Assembly: GCF_009914755.1 (NCBI RefSeq)
Contig: NC_060930.1
Origin: the human T2T-CHM13v2.0 reference genome, Homo sapiens
Reading direction: 5' to 3' (one strand)
DNA: 64,000 bases
Position numbers and translations under genes: made by a program. Under the pieces are notes generated by a model, which saw nothing but the letters and a program-made list of their open reading frames with translations, was not told where the DNA came from and did not search any database. Below, in pieces: positions 31,541-50,960 of this stretch (position 1 is the first letter of the stretch; the number at the start of each line of letters is the position of its first letter).

Positions 31541-32039
31541 TGGGTTTCTAAACTATCACTGCTGTCCATCAGGCTTGCTGTGACACACATAGCTTCCTCT
31601 CCTAACCCAATGGGTATAACAAGACTCATGATTGCACCTCACCAAGAGGAAAGGGAAGCATAGGGAGCCTGAAGGAGAGCAAGAAGGGGTGTTGGGCAGC
31701 ACTAGTAATGTATACCACATGCCCAGCTGTTGGCTGTTTCTCTTAATGAATTACATTGATTTCTCCACCTCTTCATATTGCTTCTCTAAGACATGGTGCT
31801 GTCCTTGATTTGTACCCACATTTTATTCCACTTTTCTTCTAGAATGTAAATTGTTCATAATTCGCTATTCATTGCCACTGTTATATAGGTGACCTGCTCT
31901 AGGAGCCTGTTGAATTTCTCATTACAAAAATGTTCATATACAGGAGATTAAAATTGCAATTACTGTAAGAAGAAGTCATGATTAATTTAATAAATAGATA
32001 TTTTAATTATTAATTTAATGGCCATCTTCACACAAATTA

Positions 32040-33220
32040 TGTAATATATGTATAACATATATATGTCATATAAAAACACAAATATATTTCTTTGCTCTGA
32101 CAACTAAGAAGGCGTAAAAGAAATAACACTTCAATAGCTACAAATATACCTCATACCCAGAACTTGGTTTCTAACATCATTTTCCAGTAAAAGGAACCGA
32201 GGAACCAAGGAACCGAGGTTCCCTGGAGAAAGAGCTAGGACTGGGCAGAAAATATACAAGATGATCCTGTAGCAACTTATAGTGCCAGAAAGTCAGGCAG
32301 TCTCCCCAGCCCCCCACAAAAACAGAAAAAAATCCACAATGATGGAAGTATGTCAAAGGAACACAGGAGCCAAGTAAAAGAGCTATCAACACTGGAGCAC
32401 TTTGAGAAACAAAATAAGTAAAGTCATATTAGGTTATACTCAAGGAATGAAATGAATAACCTGAGTTAATAATGATGGAAATAAATCATTGAATACATTA
32501 ATACATAGAGAAGAAGAGAAACACCTCCTATCCAGAAGAATTTCAAAAATAAGTTGTTTATATACTCTACCCTAAAGGAGGGGGAGCATAAATTCCCACT
32601 CCTTAAGTGTGCGGTATGCATAATGACTTTATTATAAAGAGTAAAACATGGGAAAGGGGAAAAAGTAGTGACTTTGTGGTGGAGAAATAAGAAAAGCAAG
32701 ACTTCAGGCAATGATGTTATCAAGGTCAACATCAACAGTTACAAATTATGTTGATAGTGCGTAAACTTGACATAATTTGATGAAAATGGTACTCTACCTC
32801 TGTGGTCTTCCTCCAGTAAATCCATAACCCTAATCTAATCACGAGAAAAGCATGATTTCTATGAAAGGGGCATCCTGCAATGTATCTGACCATTACTCCT
32901 CAAATCTATCAAGGTCATCAAAAATAAGGGAAGTCTGAGAAACTGTCACAGCCAAGAGGAGCTTAAGAAGACATGACAACTAAATGTGATGTGGTATCCT
33001 GGATGGGATCCTCAAATAGAAAAAGGACATTAGGTAAATGTTAAAGAGTTAAATAAACTACAGAATTCAGTTAATTATGTGTCAATACCAGTTTATTGTA
33101 ACAAAAGTAGTATACTAATATAAGACATTTAAAATAGGAGAAGCTGTACTTTCTGTACTGTCTACTCAAGTTTCCTTTTTCTTTGAAAAATGTTCTTTAA
33201 AAAGTACTTTTGTAATAAAA
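32040..33220 (+). mobile_element. Ancient L1M (L1MC/L1MD-type) 3'UTR fragment
   Basis: Same diagnostic blocks as 13880-14980 (aaggaacc...ccctggagaaa; atcaaggtcaacatcaacag; gagaaactgtcacagccaagaggag). Confidence 0.75.
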
Positions 33221-34284
33221 AGTGATTGGGAGAAAAAATTTCATTTACTGATTACCTCCTTTGAAAGGCACTTTTGTTTATCTTAGCTCAGGAAAACATC
33301 TGCCTATCTGAAGTGAATAACAATCATCTTGAATATTGCTACAGGAGACACTTACGTTAGAAAACAAAATTCCATGTATTCAAACTTTATAACCTTTTTT
33401 CTCTTACCATACAGCAAACTGATGTAAGGATGAGTGAAATAATTTAATCGTGTTTAATATTAGAATGATTTTTAATTGCCTCCGTAGGTAAGAATCTTTT
33501 TTCTTCTAATGCTGATTTAGCAAACTTTAAGATGAATATGGTGCATATTGCCAAGGTGCATGCACATTTTTTAGATGTCTGGTCTTAATTTGACAGTCTT
33601 TTGAACTTTAGTATATTCTATGCACCATCAGCTGACATCATAATTTTAGGGAACTGATATTAGGATTGGCAATGTTTCTACTATAGCTTACTGATAAAAA
33701 ATAAATCATTACAAGGGACAAACGAATTTCTCTGGGGCTATTCATAAGATAGCTGTATAAATCAAAGAGGAAAACAAAAACACCTGGGTATATTAATTTA
33801 GGAGCAGTATCTACTAATTTTGAATATCAGCCAAGCATTCCTCAATGCTTTTCAGAACAGCAATTCCATGTGACTTAATAGATGTTCTGCCAAAAATGGT
33901 GGTCATGTGAGTTTTGCGAAAATCTAAGTTTAGCTAAATAAAATGAGAGATATTTCTTTTTTTAAATTATACTTTAAATTTTAGGGTACATGTGTACAAC
34001 GTGCAGGTTTGTTACATATGTATACATGTGCCATGTTGGTGTGCTGCACCCATAAACTCATCATTTACATTAGGTATATGTCTTAATGCTATCCCTCCCC
34101 CCATCCCCCACCCCGTAACAGGCCCTGGTGTGTGTTGCTCCCCTTCCTGTGTCCGTGTGTTCTCATTGTTCAATTGCCACCTATGAGGGAGAACATGCGG
34201 TGTTTGGTTTTTTGTCCTTGCAATAGTTTGCTGAGAAAGATGGTTTCCAGCTTCATCCATGTCCCTACAAAGGACATGAACTCA

Positions 34285-37814
<3,530 letters not shown>

Positions 37815-38046
37815 TTATTTTGAGCCTATGTGTGTCTCTGCACGTGAGATGGGTTTCTTGAATACAGCACATTGATGGGTCTTGACTCTTTATCCAGTTT
37901 GCCAGGCTGTGTCTTTTAATTGGAACATTTAGCCCATTTACATTTAAGGTTAATATTGTTATGTGTGAATTTGATCCTGTCTTTATGATGTTAGCTGGTT
38001 ATTTTGCTCGTTAGTTGATGCAGTTTCTTCCTAGCCTTGATGGTCT

Positions 38047-39060
38047 TTACAATTTGGCATGTTTTTGCAGTGGCTGGTACCGGTTGTTCCTTTCCATATT
38101 TAGTGCTTCCTTCAGGAACTCTTGTAGGGCAGGCCTGGTGGTGACAAAATCTCTCAGCATTTGCTTGTCTGTAAAGTATTTTATTTCTCCTTCACTTATG
38201 AAGTATAGTTTGGCTGGATATGAAATTCTGGGTTGAAAATTCTTTTCTTGAAGAATGTTGAATATTGGCCCCCACTCTCTTCTGGCTTGTAGAGTTTCTG
38301 CTGAGAGATCAGCTGTTAGTCTGATGGGCTTCCCTTTGTGGGTAACCTGACCTTTCTCTCTGGCTGCCCTTAACATTTTTTCCTTCATTTCAACTTTGGT
38401 GAATCTGACAATTATGTGTCTTGGGATTGCTCTTCTTGAGGAGTATCTTTGTGGTGTTCTATTTCCTGAATTTGCATGTTGGCCTGCCTTGCTAGATTGG
38501 GGAAGTTCTCCTGGATAATATCCTGCAGAGTGTTTTCCAACTTGGTTCCATTCTCCCCATCACTTTCAGGTACACCAATCAGACGTAGATTTGGTCTTTT
38601 CACATAGTCCCATATTTCTTGGAGGCTTTGTTCATTTCTTTTTATTCTTTTTTCTCTAAACTTCTCTTCTCGCTTCATTTCATTCATTTGATCTTCCATC
38701 ACTGATACCCTCTCTTCCAGTTGATTGAATCGGCTACTGAAGCTTTTGCATTTGTCACGTAGTTCTCGTGCCTTAGTTTTCAGCTCCATCAGGTCCTTTA
38801 AGGACTTCTCTGCATTGGTTATTCTAGTTAGCCATTCGTCTTATCTTTTTTTCAAGGTTTTTAACTTCTTTGCCATGGGTTCGAACTTCGTCCTTTAGCT
38901 CAGAGAAGTTTGATCATCTGAAGCCTTCTTCTCTCAACTTGTCAAAGTCATTCTCCATCCAGCTTTGTTCCATTGCTGGTGAGGAGCTGCGTTCCTTTGG
39001 AGGAGGAGAGGCTCTCTGATTTTTAGGATTTTTGGTTTTTCTGCTCTGCTTTTTCCCCAT
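38047..39060 (-). pseudogene. Disrupted L1 ORF1
   Basis: Fragments 38047-38388 and 38412-38789; in-frame TGA (tcatctgaag) and a +1 frameshift near 38846-38852. Confidence 0.92.
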
Positions 39061-39537
39061 CTTTGTGGTTTTATCTACCTTTGGTCTTTGATGATGGTGA
39101 CGTACATATGGGGTTTTGATGTGGTTGTCCTTTCTGTTTGTTAGTTTTCCTTCTAACAGTCAGGACCCTCAGCTGCAGGTCTGTTGGAGTTTCCTAGAGG
39201 TCCACTCCAGACCCTGTTTGCCTGGGTATCAGCAGCGGAGGCTACAGAACAATGAATATTGGTGAACAGTGAATATTGGTAAACAGCAAATGTTGCTGCC
39301 TGTTCATTCCTCTGGAAGTTTTGTGTCAGAGGAGTATGCGACCATGTGAGGTGTCAGTCTGCCCCTACTTGGGGGTGCCTCCCATTTAGGCTACTCGAGG
39401 GTCAGGGACCCACATGAGGAGGCAGTCTGTCCGTTCTCAGATCTCCAGCTGTGTGCTGGGAGAACTACTACTGTCTTCCAAGCTGCCACCCAGTTCGAGC
39501 TTCCCGGCCTCTTTATTTACCTACTCAAGCCTCAGCA

Positions 39538-39801
39538 ATGTTGGGCACCCCTCCCCCAGCTTCGCTGCCACCTTGCAGTTTGATCTCAGACTGTTGTGCT
39601 AGCTATGAGCGAGGCTCCATGGGCATAGGAGCCTCTGAGCCAGGAGCGGGAGATAATCTCCTGGTGTGCCATTTGTTAAGACCGTCAGAAAAGCACAGTA
39701 TTATGGTGGGAGTGACCCGATTTTCCAGGTGCCGTCTGTCACCCCTTTCCTTGGCTAGGAAAGGGAATTCCCTGACCCCTTGTGCTTCCAGGGTGAGGTG
39801 A
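39538..39801 (+). CDS. L1 ORF0-homologous antisense ORF, open, 87 aa (expression unproven)
   Basis: MLGTPPPASLPPCSLISDCCAS...VGVTRFSRC resembles primate L1 ORF0 (MAGAPPPASLPPCSLISDCCAS...); lies within ORF-track entry 39451-39801. Confidence 0.5.
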   Translation: MLGTPPPASLPPCSLISDCCASYERGSMGIGASEPGAGDNLLVCHLLRPSEKHSIMVGVTRFSRCRLSPLSLARKGNSLTPCASRVR

Positions 39802-40161
39802 TGCCTCTCCCTGCTTCTGCTCACGCTCGGTGCACTGCATCCATTGTCCTGCACCCACTGTCCGACAATCCCCAGTGAGATGAACCCAGTACCTCAGTTG
39901 GAAATGCAGAAGTCATCCGTCTTCTGCGTCACTCACGCTGGGAGCTGTAGACTGGAGCTGTTCCTATTTGGCCATCTTGGAACCGCCCCCAAAAATGAGA
40001 GATATTTCTAAGACTTCTCATAATATACTAATATATTTGGTGATTCCTCAAGTTCATATAATTTCCTAATCTTTTGATCACAAATTTATTTTCAAAGAAA
40101 ACCTGTATTTTCCTAAGAAAAAGTTCCTATGGAACTCTACCTGGGAGACCTTGGTCTAGAT

Positions 40162-40342
40162 AAATGTTTCTCAGAGTCTCGTCTTACTATCAGCATCACT
40201 TGGGGAATTGTAAGAAATGTAAATTATTGCACTCTACCCTAGATCTCCTCAATCAGAAGCTATCAGGTTGGGGGGCCAGAAATCTGTGTTTTAGCAAGCC
40301 TTTCAGGTTCTTCTGAGGCATAGTAAAACTAGAGCACTATTA
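40162..40342. mobile_element. MER5A-type hAT MITE
   Basis: tttctcaga...cagcatcacttgggg.attgtaagaaatg...tcagaa...aatctgtgttttagcaagcc. Confidence 0.75.
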
Positions 40343-40699
40343 ATCTAGTAGCTCCTCACATCTTGAACTTAGAGACCAATGTTGTTGATTTCTTAATACT
40401 TTTACTACAGTTTTTTCTTCTTTAAGGAAATTGGCTGAAAGTCATTACTTTATCTTGACCTTCAAAAGAGCTATATATAAGTTCTTAGTATTCAGAATTA
40501 AATCAATGGGATATATTGCTTAAAATATCTGAGATGAAGCAAAATAGCTCTTTGATTCTGTAAGTACCTGACTTCTGTTTAATGTGGAATGAATAAGAAG
40601 ATCCTGTTTCACAGCTTTTATTTTAAGGCCTCAATTTACTTAATGAATATAAGGAAGGTTTAATAGATTGGCATGTAAAGTCTGCATAATTAGGGACAA

Positions 40700-40900
40700 C
40701 GTGTAGAGGACTTAATGTCATGAACTCTACAGGTCCAGACTGCTTGGGTTTGAACCCCAGCTCTGTCTTGGGCATGTTATATACTCTTTGTACTTCAGTT
40801 TCCTGTCTGTGAAATGCAGATAATAATCATACCTACCTCACAGGCTCTTATATAAAGTTAAAATTAAAGCATCAATATTTTTAAGCACTTAAAAACATTG
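40700..40900. mobile_element. MIR
   Basis: ccagactgcttgggtttgaaccccagctctg...cttcagtttcctgtctgtgaaatg...acctacctcacagg. Confidence 0.75.
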
Positions 40901-41454
40901 GGTATATTTAGTATAAATGTTAAATTAATAAAAGCTGAATGTGAATAATAATTGATTGTAGCCTTAAATCTGTGATCACAAGGGTTCTCTTTGACAGTAA
41001 AATATTAAAATCTTTATTATATTTCAATGTGTATTATACTAAAAATGATTGAGGAAGCAATACAATTGTATGTTATAATATGGGTGCCTCATTCATTCAT
41101 TCTATAAATTCATATTAAATGTTTCCTATTTAAAAATAAAATTTCTTGATCTCAAAATGATTAAGATTGGGATGATTTTAAAAATATTTACTTAATTGAT
41201 TCTGAACTTAATACAATGAATTTATTTTATGTATGTTTATTATATAATTTGATTTACTATTTTTCTCTTCATAGGTAGGTTATTTAATTATGTGTTTCTA
41301 CATTCACTGATCAGAGAAGGCTATTGATTTTTAACAAATAGAATTGAAAATATATGAGGCAGAAAAATTAGGAGTTATAATTTAATTAAGAATAAGTATA
41401 TTTTAAAAATAATGATTTGAGAAAAGACATATTCTTGGTCAGAAGCTAAACTTT

Positions 41455-42912
41455 TTTTTTTCCTTCAACTTTTGTTTTAGGTTCTGGAGTACATGTGCAG
41501 GATGTATAGGCTTGTAACATAGGTAAACACGTGCCATGGTGGTTTGCTGCACAGATCAACCCATCACCTAGGTATTAAGCCCAGCATCCATTAGCTATTT
41601 TCTTGATGCTCTCCCTGCCCCTCCACCCACCCTCGACAGGCTCCAGTGTGTGTTGTTTCTCTCACGTGTCCCTGTGTTCTCATCGTTCAGCTCCCACTTA
41701 TAAGTGAAAACATGCGGTAATTGGTTTTCTCTTCCTGCATTAGTTTACTGAGGATAACAGCTTCCAGCCTCATCCATGTTCCTGCAAAGGACATGATCTT
41801 GTTCCTTTTTTTAACTGCATAGTATTCCATGGTGTACATGTACCACATATTCTTTATCCAGTCTATGATTGATGGGCATTTGGGTTGATTCCATGTTTTT
41901 GCTATAGTGAATAGTGCTACGATGAACATACACATGCATGTATATAATAGAATGATTTATATTCCTTTGGGTATATACCCAGTAATGGAATTGTTGAGTC
42001 AAATGGTATTTCTCCTTCTAGATCTTTGAGGAATTGCCACACTGTCTTCCACGCTGGTTGAACTAATTTACACTCCCACCAACAATGTAAAAGTATTCTT
42101 TTTTTCCTGCATCATTGCCAACATCTATAGTTTCTTGTCTTTTTAATAATTGCCATTCTGACTGGCATAAGATGGTATCTTATTGCGGTTTTGATTTGAA
42201 TTTCTGTAATGATCAGTGATGTTGAGCTTTTTCATATGTCTGTTGGCCGCATGAATGCCTTCTTTTGAGAAGTGTTTGTTCTTGTCCTTTGCTCACTTTT
42301 TAGTGGGGCTGTTTTTTCTTGTAAATTTGTTTAAGTTCCTTGTAGACTCTGGATATTAGACCTTTGTCAGATGGATAGATTGCAAAATTTTTCTCTCATT
42401 CTGTAGGTTTTCTGTTCACTCTGATGACAGTTTCTTTGGCTGTGCAGAATCTCTTTGGTTTAATCAGATCCCATTTGTCAGTTTTGGCTTTCGTTGCAAT
42501 TGCTTTTGGCATTTTTGTCATGAAATCTTTGTCCATGCCTATGTCCTGAATGGTATTGCCTAGGTTTTCTTCTAGGGTTTCTATAGTTCTGGGTTTTGCA
42601 TTTAAGTCTTTAATCCATCTTGAGTTGATCTTTATAAAATGTGTAAGGATGGGTCTAATTTCAATTTTCTGCAATATGGCTAGCCAGTTCTCCCAGCAGC
42701 ATTTATTAAATAGAGAATCCTTTTTCCATTGCTTGTTTCCCATTGCTTGTCATATTTGTCAAATATCATATGGTTGTAGTTATGTGGTCTTATTACTGAG
42801 TTCTCTATTCTGTTCCATTGGTCTATGTGTCTGTTTTTGTACCAGTACCATGCTGTTTTGGTTACTGTAGCCTTGTAATATAGTTTGAAGTTGGATAGTG
42901 TGATGCCTCCAG
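41455..42912 (-). mobile_element. 5'-truncated L1PA8/L1PA10-like element
   Basis: 3'UTR acagatcaacccatcacctaggtattaagcccagcat; ORF2 C-terminal fragments; TSD agaagStaaacttt at 41441-41454 and 42913-42926. Confidence 0.9.
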
Positions 42913-43073
42913 AGAAGGTAAACTTTAAAAGGCATTTGGAGACATAAAGTTAATTAACTAATGTAAACTTCATTTAAAAAGTGTTTGTGCATCCAATATT
43001 TAGTTATTAGTTAATAATTTATTGAAATCTCTTTTAAGAGTAGAACTAAAATAGTCTTAAGATGAAGCTCAAA

Positions 43074-43313
<240 letters not shown>

Positions 43314-44516
43314 AGATAAAGCTCAAATAATGAAATAAGCATAAAACAGAATTTATATATGCTTTTAATTTAATCTTGATATTTTATTAGCTTATATACT
43401 TGAATATAAAAATTTACAAATATGTGCACTACATTTATATTCAATGACAAACTTATTTACTCAACTAATAATTAAATTTGAGCTACATGGCTATAAAACC
43501 AAAGAACACATTAAATATAGTCCCTTTAAATTTCTATTTTTATTTTTGGACCTTGACTAAAAACTTATTGTTTTCACATTGGCTAGAACAATCAGTCTAT
43601 TTACATATATTATTCTGAGTATTCTGTATTTTTTTTCCATGACAATTAACATTCCTTTATTTTTTATAAAAGTTTTCTCCTCTAAACACATAGTTGCTTT
43701 TTCCCCTGACACCCCACCACCCATAAGTAGCATGTGTCCTATTTTTTAGAACACTTGGTAACAGTTACTGTTTGCATAATTTACTTGGGGGTTGTATCTT
43801 TATTGGTGGGTATAAAAGTGATTTGTGGGTGTTTTGTCCAGTTTTAACTTTTGTGCATGGATTTCTTTTAAACTCTTTGCCTTTTGTGACCATACCTCCA
43901 GAGTTCCATGTTAACTCTTCATTTCTGAATGCTGCATTCTCATTGATCTCTTCTTTTTTCAAAATCTGATAATGACCATTCCTTGAAATACTGTCTTGCA
44001 GTATTACTTAATTGTTTCAGGTATATATGCCTCATCTTCAAATGAGTTGTTAGGCTTTAGGAAGGCAGAGAGTCATGCTATACAAGTAGTCTTTGCCAGT
44101 ACATTTTGTGGATGAATAAAGTACATTCAAGCACTTTTTGAATGACAGATGAAAGATTAAAAATGACCTTCGGGAGACAACATAGTTTTGCTTACTTAAA
44201 CAAGTGTTGTCTAGTGTCTACTATATGAGTTAAGTTCTTTACAGATATTAGCTCATTTGATTTTCATAATTAATCATCTCTATGGTTGGAATTCCAATTT
44301 CCAATTCACTACTTATGTAATCTAGGGCAAGTTACTCTTCAGAGTGTCAGTATTCTCATTTGTAATATGGTGATAAAGATAGTTTTCCCAAAGTATTTTC
44401 TGAAGATTAAATAATATACCAAATATACCATTTGTAAAGTTCCTGGTACATAGTAATCATTTTTAATCTACATTATAGATTTTCCTAGAAATCATTGTAA
44501 GTGATCATTGAACGTA

Positions 44517-45045
44517 TTTTTTTTCTATAGATTCAAGGGGTACCTGTGCAGGTTTGTTACATGGATATATTGCCTACTGGTAGGGCTTGGGTTTCTATTG
44601 TATCCAACCTCCTTAAAATGAACAATGTATCCAGTAGGTAGTTTTTAAACCTTCACCTCTCTCCTACCCTCTCCCCTTTTGGAGTCCCCAGTGTCTATTT
44701 TTCTCTATGATTGCCCATGTATAGTCATTGTTTAGCTCCCACTTATAAGTGATAATGTGCAATATTGACTTTTCTTCTTCTGAGTTATTTCACTTAGGAT
44801 AATGGCCTTCAGCTCCATCCATGTTGCTGAAAAAGACATGATTTCATTCTTTTTGATGGCTGTGTAATATTACATGGTGTGTATGTACCACATTTTCTTT
44901 ATCTAGTCATCTGTTGATGGACACAGATTGATTCCATGCCTTTGCTACTGTGAATAGTGCTGCAATAAACATGTGAGTGCAGGTGTCTTTTTGATATGAT
45001 TTCTTTTCTTTTGGGTAGATAGGAGTGGGGCTGCTGAGTCAAATG
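44517..45045 (-). mobile_element. L1PA16/L1PB-type 3' end fragment
   Basis: tgtgcaggtttgttacatggatatattgc...tttggagtccccagtgtctatt...gctcccacttataagtga. Confidence 0.8.
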
Positions 45046-45924
45046 TGTTTTTAATACCTAAAATCTTTCATTTTTAAAAGGCCTGGAAGAATCTGCTGAT
45101 TTGCATAATGGGTTGTCAGTCAGGTTTGATTAGGGCAAGGAAGAGAACAACCTAATCTGAAAACCTTAAGCAGAAATATTGGTGGGTCAACAGGAAAGCC
45201 AAAAATGGTCTTTCAAAGGAAACATAGTCAACAGTTGTGTTTGGGGAAAGGTCTCAGCATATAAGCACCCTACATGAGAAAGAATTAGCATGTAGAATAT
45301 ATCACCCCTAGAGGGCACAGCCCTAGATGATAACTAAATCAGTCACGCACAGCATTTCTGCCTCTTAACTTTTCTTTCTCAGATTAGTCTTCTAGAGATC
45401 TAAAGCAGCTGGAAATTTGGGAAATTGATGAAGGAAAAGTCTACACCAAAGCCCTCTGCCCTACCATAACCTTCCGAGGGGGAGACAACCAGAGCAGAGG
45501 ATGGGAAGACTATTTAAATGAACTTTAGAATTTTATGTAGAATAGACTTGCTATTACCGCAGAAAGAGACTGTAGTGACCAGAGAAGCAGTAAGTATTGC
45601 CCTAAATTTATCTAAAGGTGAGTGAAAATCTTGGGGCACATTTGCAAGGATAGTAGTAGGAAACAATAAAATTGCTTTCTTTTTTTACATCTTACCATAT
45701 GCTACTCATTCAATAACTATTAGGTTACCATTAAATTAATTAAATCTTTATTTACTTTATAATTACTTTTTAGTCAGAGAATAAAGAAAATACTGTTTCT
45801 TATAAGCTTGGAAATATTATAAGTGAGGCAGACTTAAGGCTGAGAGCAAGGTTCATGCCAGGTACACAGAAGGAGCCCTAATTTCGAAAGCTGACATTCT
45901 TCTTTCTTTTGTACCAGGCATTAA

Positions 45925-47924
<2,000 letters not shown>

Positions 47925-48884
47925 GTATATGAAACGACTTTGTAGATCATAGTATTTTGTAAAAATACATTTTTGTTCACTGTCCACAAAAGTTGATCTG
48001 GAATAATTCTGATGCTTCACATCCATTTAAGAATAAGAAAACAGAACAAGTTAACTTTATGTTGGTTAGAGATGTATGTCTTTCCCTCACTCCTGATTTC
48101 TACAAAGAGAGATTTTCTTGGTTTCTTTCAATGTCTTTACTTTCTCTAACTGAGGATATGGAATAAATTACCTGATGGATGAATATTAAAAAAATACTTA
48201 TTCTTGTGTATATTTGTCACTACCAAATATACTCATGATGATTTCATGCTAGAAGTGAGTAGACTGAGGGCAATCTAAGTTTTTCTAGATTAATGTGGAA
48301 TCCATGTTAAGAAGTTGCTGCAACAATTCAGGAATGAGGAATACGCACCCAAGCAAATGTGTAGCTAATAATAAAAACAGAGGACAAAATAGATCTAAAA
48401 GATGTTTTGCAAGAAAAATGGTAGTACTCGTTTACTAGTTGATAAAGAATTAAGGATAGCGGATAGTCCAAAATACCTTCAAAATTTCCAGGTTTCATGT
48501 GAACTGTATAATGTAAATGCTTGTTTTAGTCTATAAGTTAAGGTAAAATAAAATAATTTTGTTTCTATAATAACTTAATTTACACTTTCTGACCTATTAT
48601 GCTTCTGGAGGGCTTTGCAATGCTAAGGGTTTGGGGGCTGGGTATTAGGTAATGAGGGATCTGGTTGTTGGTATCCATCTGTTGGTGCTAGCATCTGCAA
48701 AGAAATCTACCTTCCCATCTGATTTTTGCCCAGTTACTGTTACTCCCATTTCTGTCTATGTGAAAGGCCACTAGGACTAATGGAGCTAATGGGCCATGTC
48801 CTACTGCTCTTAGTGGCTTAAGAAGCTGCACTTTTCTGCCTCCATGAAACACAGTAGGATGCACAAGGATGCATAAGGGCTCTA

Positions 48885-49320
48885 TATTCATAAAATCCCT
48901 ACAAGAAGCAAATGGCACACTCAAGTTAGTGTACTTCAGGGATAGTTTATTTACACAGAAACTAATTACGAAGATGTGGGTGAATGTACAGACACCAAAA
49001 GTGATAGTGCAAACACACAGAGCTAGCAGCAAACTCTAAAAGTGAGGGAAGAATTGGCTACCAGAACCTATAAGCAAAGACAATTTAGCAGTAAAGGCTG
49101 ACTTGGAAGGAGCCTTAATTATTCAAGGGATGCAGCCAACCTAAGATGACTCTTCAGGAAAAATTTTAGGGGAGTCAATATCTTGTCACCACTCTTTTCC
49201 TCCATTTTGTTTTTCTGTGGTTCCCATTGGCCAAACCCCACTGGAATCCAGTAGGAAGAGAGCAGAATGAAGACGTGAGAAGAATGAATCTGGAGGTAAA
49301 AATATTAGATATCTGGCAAG
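48885..49320. mobile_element. Old ERVL-type LTR (LTR33-like)
   Basis: gaagcaaatggcacactcaa...cccattggccaaacc...gaatctggagg...gatatctggca. Confidence 0.45.
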
Positions 49321-50163
49321 AGCTATCAGATATGTCTGGTTACATATCACCTCTAGTCTCATTCCTCTCTGAATTATTAATTCCTCTGGTGTTCAGTAAT
49401 TCCCATGCTTCCTGTTGGCTTTAAACACATACATTTTGTATGTTATTTAGCTTTTAGTTATTCTTTGTTGGGAGTGTTCATCTTTAGCAAACTACTCCAT
49501 CTAACTCAGCAGTAGAGTTTTCCTCTATTGAATTTTTATTTATTCTGTGATAGGAAAACGTGGCATCAGTTTTGAAGGTTCTTCCAAACTAATGTTTCTT
49601 ATTACTGGGCATGAACATCTTTGGGAAGCCAGTTACTGTGTATACCATAGTCAGCCCTCTGCCTCTCAAAAATTTACATCTGTCTCACATCGAAAATACA
49701 TTTATGCCATCCCAAGGTCCCCCAAAATCTCAATTCTTTTATAGTATAAAGTTCAAGATCTCATTTAAGACTTATCATTTCTAAAGTACCAAATATCATT
49801 ATCTTCATCATCTAAATTAGGCATTGTTGAGGCTCTAGCCATAATCCTTCCTAGGGAAAAATTCCTCTCTGTCTGTGGACCTGTGAAAAAAGAAAACAAA
49901 TTATCTGCTCCCAAAGTAAAATAATGGGACAGGGATAGGTTAACAACTATAGACATTCCTACTTAAAAAGTAGAAAAGTTTCATTAAAGAAAATAGAAAG
50001 AAATAAATGGAATCACTGTCCTGAGCAATTTCAAAATACAACTGGCCAAATTTCCTTAGGATTAAAGCCTGGAAATTATCTCCGGTGGCCCATTGCTCCA
50101 TCCTCTAAGCCCATTGCTCTACCCATTTGGTTCATGGCTCCACATTTGAGGTCCTTCTTCTCC

Positions 50164-50757
50164 TTTTTTTTTATTTTATTATTATTATACTTTAAGTTTT
50201 AGGGTACATATGCACAATGTGCAGGTTAGTTACATATGTATACATGCGCCATGCTGGTGTGCTGCACCCATTAACTCGTCATTTAGCATTAGGTATATCT
50301 CCTAATGCTATCCCTACCCCCTACCCCCACCCCACAACAGTCCCCAGAGTGTGATGTTCCCCTTCCTGTGTCCATGTGTTCTCATTGTTCAATTCCCATC
50401 TATGAGTGAGAACATGTGGTGTTTGGTTTTTTGTCCTTGCGGTAGTTTACTGAGAGTGATGATTTCCAATTTCATCCATGTCCCTACAAAGGACATGAAC
50501 TCATCATTTTTTCATGGCTTCATAGTATTCCATGGTGTATATGTGCCACATTTTCTTAATCCAGTCTATCATTGTTGGACATTTGGATTGGTTCCAAGTC
50601 TTTGCTATTGTGAATAGTGCCACAATAAACATACGTGTGCATGTGTCTTTATAGCAGCATGATTTATAGTCCTTTGGGTATATACCCAGTAATGGGATGG
50701 CTGGGTCAAATGGTATTTCTAGTTCTAGATCCCTGAGGAATCGCCACTCTGACTTCC
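50164..50757 (-). mobile_element. 5'-truncated L1PA3-like element inserted in the MaLR internal region
   Basis: Poly(T), L1 3'UTR and ORF2 end ([15 protein letters not shown]...). Confidence 0.93.
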
Positions 50758-50960
50758 TCCTTTCTTCTTTCTTCTTCCTTCTTCCTCCTTCCTCTTCTTC
50801 CTTCTTCTTGTTTCTTCTTCCTCTTTTTTCTGTCTTCTTTCTCCTTCTTACTTTTTCTTCCTTCCTTCCTTCCTTCCTTCCTTCCTTCCTTCCTTCCGTC
50901 CTTCTCTCTTTCTCTCTTTTTTCCCCTTCCTCCTCCTCCTCCTTCTTCACCGTCTTCTTT
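50756..50960. repeat. Polypyrimidine tract with (CTT)n, (CCTT)n and (CCT)n
   Basis: About 200 bp almost purely C/T; (ttcc)n at ~50857-50896. Confidence 0.95.
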
